From NCBI GenBank assembly GCA_047631095.1, contig JBLHZD010000002.1, forward strand, positions 1 through 43,870: DNA of 43,870 bases, in the 5' to 3' direction. This DNA comes from Alphaproteobacteria bacterium. GTDB taxonomy: Bacteria > Pseudomonadota > Alphaproteobacteria > UBA8366 > GCA-2717185. Within the stretch, counting starts at the first letter, position 1. Every line of letters begins with the position of its first letter. The notes below the pieces were generated by a model, which was not told the origin of the DNA, did not search any database, and saw only the letters and a list, made by a program, of their open reading frames with translations. Positions 36,395 through 43,870 of this stretch are shown piece by piece. Both the position numbers and the translations under genes were made by a program.

Positions 36395-36991
36395 ATGCCC
36401 GCCAAAACAGAAATCACCCGCGCCGATATCCTGGACACCGCCGCCTTCGCCGCCATCCGCAAGGAAAAGCGAACGGAAATCAGCGCCTTAAAGCGCAACC
36501 GGCGTATCGAAGTTGGACCCGTCGCAACCCTGTATTTCGAATCCTTCGATACGATGTGGTGGCAAATTCAGGAAATGCTCTACATTGAAAAAGGCGGCGA
36601 CGCCCAGATTGATGACGAAATCGCCGCCTATAATCCGCTGATTCCCAAAGGGCGCGAACTGGTCTGCACGGTCATGTTTGAAATCGACGACGAAAAACGG
36701 CGCCGGAATTTTTTAAGCCGCTTGGGCGGGGTGGAAGAGACCATGTTCATCCGAATCGGCGACGACGAAATCGCCGGCGTTCCCGAAGCTGATCTGGACC
36801 GAACCGACGAGGACGGCAAAGCGTCTTCGGTTCAATTCATCCACTTTCCGTTTACGCCCAGCCAGATTGAAGCGTTTCGCAAAACCGACGTTCAAATTCT
36901 TATCGGGTTCGCCCATGAGACCTACGGCCATATGGCGGTGATGCCGGAGAATACCCGCGCGGCGTTGTCGAGCGATTTTAGCGAGGCCTAA
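36395..36991 (+). CDS. DUF3501-like protein of unknown function
   Basis: 198 aa, no cysteine clusters. The family assignment comes from my memory of the size and of its usual position after an Hdr-like Fe-S protein, and needs HMM confirmation. Confidence 0.6.
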   Translation: MPAKTEITRADILDTAAFAAIRKEKRTEISALKRNRRIEVGPVATLYFESFDTMWWQIQEMLYIEKGGDAQIDDEIAAYNPLIPKGRELVCTVMFEIDDEKRRRNFLSRLGGVEETMFIRIGDDEIAGVPEADLDRTDEDGKASSVQFIHFPFTPSQIEAFRKTDVQILIGFAHETYGHMAVMPENTRAALSSDFSEA

Positions 36992-37011
36992 ACCATCGCG
37001 GCCTGCGACGA

Positions 37012-37527
37012 TTAATTCGGGGTCTCGTCCTTATACAATCCCCAGACGCCGTCGCGGCGCACCCAACCGTCATACCCTTGCGTCTCCACACTGCACCACG
37101 CCAGATCACAGCGTTCAATCCGCGCGACGATGCCCGGGTCGAGCCTTGCGATAGCCGGAGAACCCGCCTTCGGCAAACGACGCATCGTTGTCTGTTTATC
37201 CACCACAACAATGCTGCGGCGCCCCGATAACATCGCGCGATGCACCCAGCCTTCGGCGCCGCTGGAATCGCGAACTTTTCGCCACGTCTCGAATTCTGCG
37301 GTGATTTCCACCGGCAAGCGGCGGCGCACAAACACCCATTTCACCGGATAACGAACACCCGGGCCCGCGCGCACATTCACTTCATCGGAATGGAGCGATA
37401 CGAAACGCGGTAATTTCAGCCCGCTTGGCGCACGCTTCTTCGTCTCCCCTGCCGCCAGAACAGGCGCATCAATCCCGCTCAACACGACGTTTGCGAACAA
37501 AAGGGACAGGATTATGAATATTCGCAT
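37012..37527 (-). CDS. Secreted tandem SH3-like domain protein (COG3807-like)
   Basis: Signal peptide MRIFIILSLLFANVVLSG..PVLA/A. Two SH3b-like segments (VNVRAGPGVRYPVKWVF..W.KVRD..G.EGWVH and ..ARLDPGIVARIERCDLAWCSVETQGYDGWV). The start is ATG 37527, or TTG 37560. Confidence 0.6.
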   Translation of the reverse strand: MRIFIILSLLFANVVLSGIDAPVLAAGETKKRAPSGLKLPRFVSLHSDEVNVRAGPGVRYPVKWVFVRRRLPVEITAEFETWRKVRDSSGAEGWVHRAMLSGRRSIVVVDKQTTMRRLPKAGSPAIARLDPGIVARIERCDLAWCSVETQGYDGWVRRDGVWGLYKDETPN

Positions 37528-37705
37528 GGGTTGACCTGGCGGCAAATTAAGACGATTCAACGCCCTGGACCGAAGGCGATATCGGTAGCCGGTCTAGGCG
37601 AGACATTAACGTATACAGCCTATATGATTGGAACGTATTTATCACCCTTCGCTTTTACCCTGGCGGCGTTGTAGAAGGCGCCGCGTTTCGCGACTGGAAT
37701 CCGCT

Positions 37706-38692
37706 ATGAACGCCCAAAAACCGCAGGTCATCGTCACCCGGAAACTCCCCGACGCCATCGAAACCCGCATGATGGAGTTATTTGACACCCGACTGAATCT
37801 GGATGATGCGCCGATGTCCAAGGCGGCGCTTATCGACGCCGTCCAAAGCGCCGATGTGCTGACCCCGACGGTCACGGATATTATCGACCGGGACATCATT
37901 CAAGCGGCGGGCGACCAGTTGAAAATAATCGCCTCTTTCGGAACCGGGGTCGATCATATCGACCTGAACGCGGCCAAAGAACGCAATATCACCGTTACGA
38001 ATACGCCCGGCGTGCTGACCGAAGACACCGCTGACATGACCATGGCGCTTATCCTGGCGGCGCCGCGCCGGTTGACCGAAGGCGAACGGCGCGTGCGGTC
38101 GGGAGAATGGACCGGCTGGAGTCCGGTATCGATGCTGGGCCACCGGATCTCGGGAAAGCGACTGGGCATTATCGGTATGGGCCGCATTGGTCAGGCGGTC
38201 GCACGGCGCGCGCGGGGTTTCGGACTATCGATTCACTATCACAACCGTAAACCGGTGCATGGGGATATCGAACGGGATCTGGAGGCGACCTATTGGGAAA
38301 GCCTCGATCAGATGCTGTCCCGCATGGATATTATTTCCGTCAATTGCCCGCACACGCCCGCGACCTACCACCTCTTGTCCCGGCGTCGGCTTCAGCTTCT
38401 GAAACCGGATTCCTATGTGGTGAATACCAGTCGGGGCGAAGTGATCGATGAAGGCGCGCTGACCGCGCTGCTGGCCGACAAGCAGATCGCCGGCGCCGCG
38501 CTGGATGTCTATGAACATGAACCCGCGATCAATCCAAAGTTACTGACGCTGGACAATGTCATTCTGTTGCCTCATATGGGCTCCGCGACTATCGAAGGGC
38601 GGTTGGCGATGGGTGAAAAAGTCATCATCAACATCAAGACCTTCATCGATGGCCACACGCCGCCGGACCGGGTTCTGGAAACGATGTTTTAA
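37706..38692 (+). CDS. D-isomer-specific 2-hydroxyacid dehydrogenase (glyoxylate/hydroxypyruvate reductase-like)
   Basis: NAD-binding motif GIIGMGRIGQAVARRA. The catalytic region VNTSRGEVIDEGAL..LDVYEHEP..LPHMGSAT is typical of the family. Confidence 0.8.
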   Translation: MNAQKPQVIVTRKLPDAIETRMMELFDTRLNLDDAPMSKAALIDAVQSADVLTPTVTDIIDRDIIQAAGDQLKIIASFGTGVDHIDLNAAKERNITVTNTPGVLTEDTADMTMALILAAPRRLTEGERRVRSGEWTGWSPVSMLGHRISGKRLGIIGMGRIGQAVARRARGFGLSIHYHNRKPVHGDIERDLEATYWESLDQMLSRMDIISVNCPHTPATYHLLSRRRLQLLKPDSYVVNTSRGEVIDEGALTALLADKQIAGAALDVYEHEPAINPKLLTLDNVILLPHMGSATIEGRLAMGEKVIINIKTFIDGHTPPDRVLETMF

Positions 38693-38700
38693 ACATCGTT
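38680..38700. repeat. Perfect 21-nt palindrome AACGATGTTT-T-AAACATCGTT spanning the dehydrogenase stop codon
   Basis: Read directly: 10-nt arms and 1-nt centre. The TAA stop at 38690-38692 sits at the centre. No U-tract follows. Confidence 0.9.
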
Positions 38701-38751
38701 CCGGGAAGCCCGTATTCGGACTTCGCCACCCTGTTGAGCGCCTGAACCATT

Positions 38752-40155
38752 ATGAAGACCCATACGTCCAGCCTTGCGACGCGGCTATTCCCGCGCTTGC
38801 GTCGTCACCTGTCGGAATTAATCCGTCTGGCCGCGCCCGTCATCGTGACGCGCGCCGGGCTGTTGGTGATGTCCGTGGTGGACGCCGCCATGCTGGGCCG
38901 CGCCACCGCCGAGGACCTCGCCTATCACGGCTTGGGGCTGGCGCCCTTCATCACTTTTATCGTCACTTGCATCGGGTTACTGTTCGGCACGCTGGTAATG
39001 ACCAGCCATGCGGCGGGGCGCGAACAATACGCGCAATGCGGCGCCATCTGGCGGCGGTCCCTGCCCTACGCCCTGCTTCTGGGCGTTATAATTTTAGTCC
39101 TTTGCCTGTTTGGCGAACCGTTTTTCCGCCTGACCGGCCAGAACCCGGATATTGCGGCGGGCGCGGGATCGGTCATCCTGATCCTTGGGTTTGGCGCGCC
39201 GGGGTCGCTTCTGTTTTTTACGACCGCCTTTTTTCTGGAAGGCTTACGGCGTCCGGCGCCCGCGACAATCGTCATGGTCGCGGCGAACATCTTGAACGCG
39301 GCGCTGAACTGGGTCTTCATTTTCGGCAATGCCGGGGCGCCGGAAATGGGTGCGGATGGCGCGGCGTTGTCCACGACCATTGGCCGAACCTTGATGGCCG
39401 TGGCGCTCATCGCTTATGTCTGGTGGGGTTTGGCGCGCCACCCCGGAGAGCTGCGCGATGGCGTGCGCAATCGCGCGCCCGATGGATGGTGGCGCGGCGG
39501 CCGCGCCCACCGGCGCATTGGTTACGCCGCCGGCGCGGCGTATTCCATCGAAGCCGGCGCCTTCTCCGCCATCACTTTCTTCGCCGGGTATCTTAGCGCT
39601 GTCGCGCTCGCCGCCTATACGATCCAGCATATTATGTTCGCCCTGGTGTTCATGCTCGCCCTGGGTCTGGCCTCGGCGACCAGCGTGCGCGTGGGCAATG
39701 CGCATGGTCGTCAAGACTGGGCGGACCGCGCGCTGGCAGGCTGGACAGGATTAGGCCTGGTTTGCGTCGCCATGGCCGCGATTGGCGCCGCCTTGCTGGC
39801 GTTCCCTGCGTTGATCGCCGCGTTTTACACCGATGACGGCGCGCTCATTCTGGCGACCACGCCGCTTATCGCGCTATCCGCCTATGCGCTGGTCGCCGAT
39901 GGCGGTCAGGTGGTGATGGCCAACGCCCTGCGCGGCGCGGGCGAAACCTGGGTTCCCACCGCGATGCATGCGTTCTCCTATTTATGCGTCATGACGCCGG
40001 TCTGTTGGTATCTGGCGTTTACGCTGAACCGGGGTGTGGGCGGCCTGATTGAAGGTATTATTATCGCCAGCCTGGTCTCGGTAATTTTGCTGTCAGCCCG
40101 GTTCTGGATGGTTTCGCGCGCCGCAAAAAAACCTACACACCACCCGGCGGCGTGA
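38752..40155 (+). CDS. MATE-family efflux transporter
   Basis: 467 aa, about 12 hydrophobic segments, and a MATE-like N-terminus (LIRLAAPVIVTRAGLLVMSVVDAAMLGR). Its 3' end overlaps the convergent moeB 3' end by 23 nt. Confidence 0.85.
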   Translation: MKTHTSSLATRLFPRLRRHLSELIRLAAPVIVTRAGLLVMSVVDAAMLGRATAEDLAYHGLGLAPFITFIVTCIGLLFGTLVMTSHAAGREQYAQCGAIWRRSLPYALLLGVIILVLCLFGEPFFRLTGQNPDIAAGAGSVILILGFGAPGSLLFFTTAFFLEGLRRPAPATIVMVAANILNAALNWVFIFGNAGAPEMGADGAALSTTIGRTLMAVALIAYVWWGLARHPGELRDGVRNRAPDGWWRGGRAHRRIGYAAGAAYSIEAGAFSAITFFAGYLSAVALAAYTIQHIMFALVFMLALGLASATSVRVGNAHGRQDWADRALAGWTGLGLVCVAMAAIGAALLAFPALIAAFYTDDGALILATTPLIALSAYALVADGGQVVMANALRGAGETWVPTAMHAFSYLCVMTPVCWYLAFTLNRGVGGLIEGIIIASLVSVILLSARFWMVSRAAKKPTHHPAA

Positions 40156-40939
40156 TGGTCGGTTGATCCCCGCAAAGGGGGCAGCCTGGATCGGCGGAAA
40201 TTTTAATCTTCCGGAAGGTCGTGTTCATCGCATCGAACAGCAACAAACTCCCCGACAGGCTTTGACCAAGCCCGAGTAGCTCTTTTAAAATTTCGCTCGC
40301 CTGCAAGGTTCCGATGACGCCCGCAATCGCGCCAAAGATACCCGCCGTTTCGCAACGCGGCGTCGTACCGGCGGGTGGCGGGTTGGGAAACAGACAGCGA
40401 TAACAGGGATTGCCGTTCCCCTCATGCGCCTTGAACACCGAGAGCTGGCCTTCAAAACGTAACAAGGCGCCGGACACCAGCGGCTTCTTCATGAAAAAGC
40501 AGGTGTCGTTCACCAGATAGCGCGTCGCGAAATTATCGCTGCCATCGGTGACAAGGTCGTACTGGGCGAAAAGCCCGGCGGCGTTTTCAGCCGTGAGGCG
40601 CGCATTATGGGTGACAATCTTGATCTCGGGATTGATCGCGTTCAGCGTCGCGGTTGCGCTATCGACTTTCGCAACGCCGACCGAGTCCGTTGTATGGACG
40701 ATCTGGCGCTGCAAATTCGACAAATCAACCACGTCGTCATCGATGACGCCAATCGTTCCCACGCCCGCCGCCGCCAGATACATCAGAACTGGCGACCCCA
40801 GCCCGCCCGCGCCAATCACCAGCACCTTGGACCGCAACAACTTCGCCTGACCTTCTTCGCCCACATCATCCAGAATGACATGGCGTGCATAACGCAATAA
40901 TTGTTCGTCGGTAATCGTATCCATATCCGTCGTCGTCAC
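40133..40939 (-). CDS. moeB: MoeB/ThiF-family adenylyltransferase (E1-like), no rhodanese domain
   Basis: LLRYARHVIL..VLVIGAGGLGSPVLMYLAAAGVG..DDDVVDLSNLQRQ, with CxxC pairs CYRC and CPLC. The GTG at 40939 is preceded by AGGAG at a 7-nt spacing; an alternative ATG is at 40924. Confidence 0.8.
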   Translation of the reverse strand: MTTTDMDTITDEQLLRYARHVILDDVGEEGQAKLLRSKVLVIGAGGLGSPVLMYLAAAGVGTIGVIDDDVVDLSNLQRQIVHTTDSVGVAKVDSATATLNAINPEIKIVTHNARLTAENAAGLFAQYDLVTDGSDNFATRYLVNDTCFFMKKPLVSGALLRFEGQLSVFKAHEGNGNPCYRCLFPNPPPAGTTPRCETAGIFGAIAGVIGTLQASEILKELLGLGQSLSGSLLLFDAMNTTFRKIKISADPGCPLCGDQPTITPPGGV

Positions 40940-40975
40940 GGTTGGCGCTCCTGAAAAATACGTAAACGTTGCTTT

Positions 40976-41932
40976 TTATATGCCGTCGAACAGGGCGGTG
41001 GACAAGTAGCGCTCGGCGAAGGATGGAATAATAACCAGAAACCGCTTGCCCTTCATATCAGGGCGTTCGGCGACTTCCAACGCGCCCGCGACCGCCGCGC
41101 CAGAGGAAATGCCTGCGGGTATGCCTTCGATCCGCGCCAGCGTTCGCGCGGTTTCAAAGGCAGTCTCATTGGCGATGGGGATCACCTCGTCGATCAAGGA
41201 AACATCGAGATTGTCGGGCACAAAGCCCGCGCCAATACCTTCGATCTTGTTGGGCCCCGTGCGCCCGCCAGAGAGTACGGCGCTGTCTTCGGGTTCAATC
41301 GCAACCAGTCGAATCGACGGCAACCGCGCTTTGAGAACCGACCCGCACCCGGTCATGGTGCCGCCAGTACCGACGCCCGCGATCAAAACGTCGAGGCGCC
41401 CATCGGTATCGCGCCAGATTTCTTCCGCTGTCGTATCGCGGTGAATCGCCGGGTTGGCCGGGTTGCTGAATTGTTGCGGGATCACCGCGTCGCCAATTTC
41501 CGCCTGCAGCGCATTCGCGCGCTCAATCGCGCCGCTCATACCCAGCTTTGCAGGCGTCAACACGATCTCCGCACCGAGCATCAGGATCATCTTGCGGCGC
41601 TCGATTGACATTGATTCCGGCATCGTCAGGATCAATCGATACCCTTTGGCCGCGCACACGAACGCCAGCGCAATCCCGGTGTTGCCCGAAGTCGGCTCGA
41701 CAATAACCGTGTTCGGCCCAATTTTTCCTTTTTCCTCAAGCGCGGTGATCATCGCATGCCCGATCCGGTCCTTGACCGAATTCAAAGGGTTGAAGAATTC
41801 CAGCTTGGCGAGGATCTCAACATCCACACCCGCCCATTCCGTCAATCGGGACAGGCGAACAATCGGCGTGCCGCCAATTGTATCGAGAATGCTATCGTGA
41901 ATTTTACCGGGCGTTTGAGGGGTGTTTGACAA
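40976..41932 (-). CDS. cysK: Cysteine synthase A (O-acetylserine sulfhydrylase)
   Basis: [11 protein letters not shown]-lysine motif [31 protein letters not shown]. The only in-frame start near the N-terminus is the TTG at 41932. Confidence 0.9.
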   Translation of the reverse strand: MSNTPQTPGKIHDSILDTIGGTPIVRLSRLTEWAGVDVEILAKLEFFNPLNSVKDRIGHAMITALEEKGKIGPNTVIVEPTSGNTGIALAFVCAAKGYRLILTMPESMSIERRKMILMLGAEIVLTPAKLGMSGAIERANALQAEIGDAVIPQQFSNPANPAIHRDTTAEEIWRDTDGRLDVLIAGVGTGGTMTGCGSVLKARLPSIRLVAIEPEDSAVLSGGRTGPNKIEGIGAGFVPDNLDVSLIDEVIPIANETAFETARTLARIEGIPAGISSGAAVAGALEVAERPDMKGKRFLVIIPSFAERYLSTALFDGI

Positions 41933-41939
41933 GAGAGGC

Positions 41940-42395
41940 TCAGATCATAAAGTTGAATTCTTCGGTCGCGCTGCACTCAACGCCCGACGCCCGCGCGCGC
42001 GCGCATAATTCGTCAATACTGACTTTGTCGAGTTTCTTTATCGCGTCTTCCTGGAGCTCAATCCATAACGGGTGCAGCACTGTGCGCCCCAGCTCGGACC
42101 CGACGGGTTCTTCAAGGGGATCCGTATTGCCTTCCATCTCCGCGACCATACGGGTGATTTCACCGATTGAAATTCGGCGCCGTTCGCGCGCCAGACGATA
42201 CCCGCCGCGCGGGCCACGCACGCCTTTTAAAATTCTCGCGCGCACAAGATGCTGGAGCACCTGCTCCAGATAACGCCGGGGAATACCCTGTCGTTCTGCG
42301 ATTTCACGGCTTTGAACCGGTTCTTCCGATGCGTTGTACGCAATATCGACAACCGCATCGATCGCAAAAATCAGTTTTTTCGTAAGACGAAGCAT
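41940..42395 (-). CDS. Rrf2-family transcriptional regulator lacking the canonical three-Cys cluster (CymR-like)
   Basis: N-terminal winged helix [51 protein letters not shown]. There are only two Cys, both near the C-terminus. A strong AAGGAGG Shine-Dalgarno is embedded in the dut 3' end. Confidence 0.85.
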   Translation of the reverse strand: MLRLTKKLIFAIDAVVDIAYNASEEPVQSREIAERQGIPRRYLEQVLQHLVRARILKGVRGPRGGYRLARERRRISIGEITRMVAEMEGNTDPLEEPVGSELGRTVLHPLWIELQEDAIKKLDKVSIDELCARARASGVECSATEEFNFMI

Positions 42396-42399
42396 TCGC

Positions 42400-42858
42400 T
42401 CAGCCTCCTTTCATTCCCGTCGATCCATAACCACCCGCGCCTCGTTCGGTGTCCGGCAAATTTGCGGTTTCATTCCAGGACAATTGCGTCACCGGCGCGA
42501 CCACCATTTGCGCAATCCGCATGCCCCTGGTCACGACAAAGGGCGCGTCGCCATGATTGATCAGGACAACGCCAATTTCACCGCGATAATCGGAATCGAT
42601 TGTGCCCGGACTGTTCAATACGGTGACGCCGTTTTTCAACGCCAGACCGGAACGCGGACGAACCTGCGCTTCAAATCCTTCAGGCAACGCAATCGCCAAC
42701 CCCGTCGGGGTCAAGCGGCGTTCCCCCGGCGCCAGGGTGGCGTCGCCCGGTATCGCGGCCAGAAGGTCCAGCCCTGCACTGCCCGACGTCGCGTATTCGG
42801 GCAATGGCAGGTCGGCGCCGTGTTCCAGCCGCACCACCGCGACGTTAATACCTGGCAT
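42400..42858 (-). CDS. dut: dUTP diphosphatase
   Basis: 152 aa. The motifs [26 protein letters not shown] and RIAQMV are typical of trimeric dUTPases. Confidence 0.92.
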   Translation of the reverse strand: MPGINVAVVRLEHGADLPLPEYATSGSAGLDLLAAIPGDATLAPGERRLTPTGLAIALPEGFEAQVRPRSGLALKNGVTVLNSPGTIDSDYRGEIGVVLINHGDAPFVVTRGMRIAQMVVAPVTQLSWNETANLPDTERGAGGYGSTGMKGG

Positions 42859-42885
42859 CGTGACGTCCTGTATCTCTATGCCCCA

Positions 42886-43870
42886 TCATGACGCCGATTT
42901 AAAATGGCGGGCGACCCGCGCCGCCAGTTGTTCCGCGACCTGTAACTTGCTCATCTTGGGCCAAGCCTCCGCATCCGCCGCGGCGATGAAATGAATGGTG
43001 TTCAAATCGCCGCCAAACACGCCGGAATCCGACGAAACATCGTTCGCCAAAATCCAGTCGCATTGTTTACGGGCAATCTTGGCCCGCGCATTTTCAACGA
43101 CATTGTCCGTCTCCGCGGCAAAGCCAATCACCAAACCGGGCCGCGCCGGGTCGGGCGCGGACAGGGTTTTTAAAATGTCGGGGTTTTCGGTCAACACGAG
43201 ATTGGGCGGACCACCACCGTCTTTCTTCATCTTTTGATCGGCCTCGCTCGCGACCCGCCAGTCGGCGACGGCGGCGGCGCAGACTGCAATGTCGGCGGGC
43301 AGGGCCGCCTGACACGCCGCCAGCATATCCCGCGCCGATTGCACACGCACCACCCGCATTCCGGCGGGGTCTTCAAGATTCGTTGGGCCGCTGACCAGCG
43401 TCGTGTCCGCCCCAAGCGCTGCAAGAGCGACGGCGATGGCGTGGCCCTGCTTTCCCGACGATCGGTTGGCGATGTAACGCACCGGGTCGATGGCCTCATG
43501 GGTCGGGCCGCTGGTCACCAGCGCGCGCAGACCGCTCAAAGGTCCCTCGCCGATATCTTTTGACGCCTCAAAATGGCCGATTACGGCAGTGACGATATCA
43601 ACGACTTCGCTCATGCGGCCAAACCCGTATTCGCCGCACGCCATGTCGCCTTCCACCGGTCCAGCGCTAAGAACGCCGCGCCCGGCCAGAGTCGCGATAT
43701 TCGCCTGTGTCGCCGCATGTTCCCACATACGCACATTCATCGCCGGCGCCACCATCACCGGCTTGTCAGTCGCCAGTAATGTCGTCGTCGCCAGATCCGT
43801 CGCCAGCCCGGCGGCCATTTTCGCCATAATGTCGGCAGTGGCGGGCGCGACAAGCAGCAAATCCGCTTCG
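42886..43870 (-). CDS. coaBC: Bifunctional phosphopantothenoylcysteine decarboxylase / phosphopantothenate-cysteine ligase, 5'-truncated by the window end
   Basis: The frame is open to nt 43870 (..EADLLLVAPATADIMAKMAAGLATDL..PAMNVRMW..), which is the middle of the CoaC flavoprotein domain. This is followed by the CoaB domain (ITSGPT-like VTSGPTHEAIDPVRYIANRSSGKQG). The coaBC-dut order matches the classical dfp-dut synteny. Confidence 0.9.
   Translation of the reverse strand, partial: EADLLLVAPATADIMAKMAAGLATDLATTTLLATDKPVMVAPAMNVRMWEHAATQANIATLAGRGVLSAGPVEGDMACGEYGFGRMSEVVDIVTAVIGHFEASKDIGEGPLSGLRALVTSGPTHEAIDPVRYIANRSSGKQGHAIAVALAALGADTTLVSGPTNLEDPAGMRVVRVQSARDMLAACQAALPADIAVCAAAVADWRVASEADQKMKKDGGGPPNLVLTENPDILKTLSAPDPARPGLVIGFAAETDNVVENARAKIARKQCDWILANDVSSDSGVFGGDLNTIHFIAAADAEAWPKMSKLQVAEQLAARVARHFKSAS

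Noticed and set aside
5907-39596. Many long antisense or alternate-frame ORFs, for example 5907-6491(-), 10433-11071(-), 10710-11279(-), 13071-13814(-), 13675-14244(-), 18807-19550(+), 23640-24314(-), 24910-25581(-), 27946-28638(+), 38556-39596(+)
   Set aside because: They lie entirely inside well-supported genes on the other strand or frame. They are Arg/Pro/Gly/Ala-rich, as expected for stop-poor alternate frames in GC-rich DNA, and match no family I recognise.
40133-40155. The 23-nt convergent overlap of the MATE and moeB 3' ends as a regulatory feature
   Set aside because: Short convergent 3' overlaps are common in compact GC-rich genomes. I saw no structure or motif in the overlap.
40940-40975. 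A search for a small ThiS/MoaD/CysO-like sulfur-carrier gene next to cysK and moeB
   Set aside because: The spacer is only 36 nt. No ORF in the neighbourhood, including 39978-40175(-), ends in Gly-Gly or looks ubiquitin-like.

Overview
GC-rich chromosomal segment, roughly 60-65% GC by hand counts on a few lines. RegB/RegA, Irr and an ICE-like box point to an alphaproteobacterium. About 28 kb (4664-33021) is a cobalamin (B12) biosynthesis supercluster split into seven units: (1) cobT(-); (2) cobS-cobC followed by two lower-GC membrane-protein genes and an LLM flavin oxidoreductase; (3) a cobalamin riboswitch leading cobU-cobW-cobN-cobO-[secreted SYLF protein]-cobQ; (4) cbiB(-); (5) cbiX-[orf317]-cobH-cobL-cobI-cbiG::cobJ-cobM, joined from orf317 onward by five consecutive ATGA overlaps; (6) [TPP-dependent enzyme]-cbiD-cobK-[secreted ankyrin protein](-); (7) cobB-ycgN-ygjP. 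The cluster mixes late-cobalt-insertion genes (CobN, CobW) with early-insertion genes (long CbiX, full-length CbiG, CbiD). I recognise no CobG, CobZ or CobF in the window. Left flank: a 5'-truncated degenerate EAL-like gene, regB-regA, and an ABC-2 exporter pair. Right flank: irr; an ICE-like box upstream of a rubrerythrin / CCG-type Fe-S protein / DUF3501 cassette of unknown function; an SH3-like secreted protein; a 2-hydroxyacid dehydrogenase; a MATE transporter; and a tightly packed minus-strand string coaBC(partial)-dut-rrf2-cysK-moeB. I recognised no tRNA, rRNA, CRISPR array, transposase or integrase. The best candidates for undescribed biology are the rubrerythrin-CCG-DUF3501 cassette, the non-cob genes embedded in cob operons (orf317, TPP enzyme, SYLF, ankyrin, YcgN/YgjP), and the Rrf2-CysK-MoeB trio. 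All family assignments come from reading the translations by eye and need HMM/BLAST confirmation.
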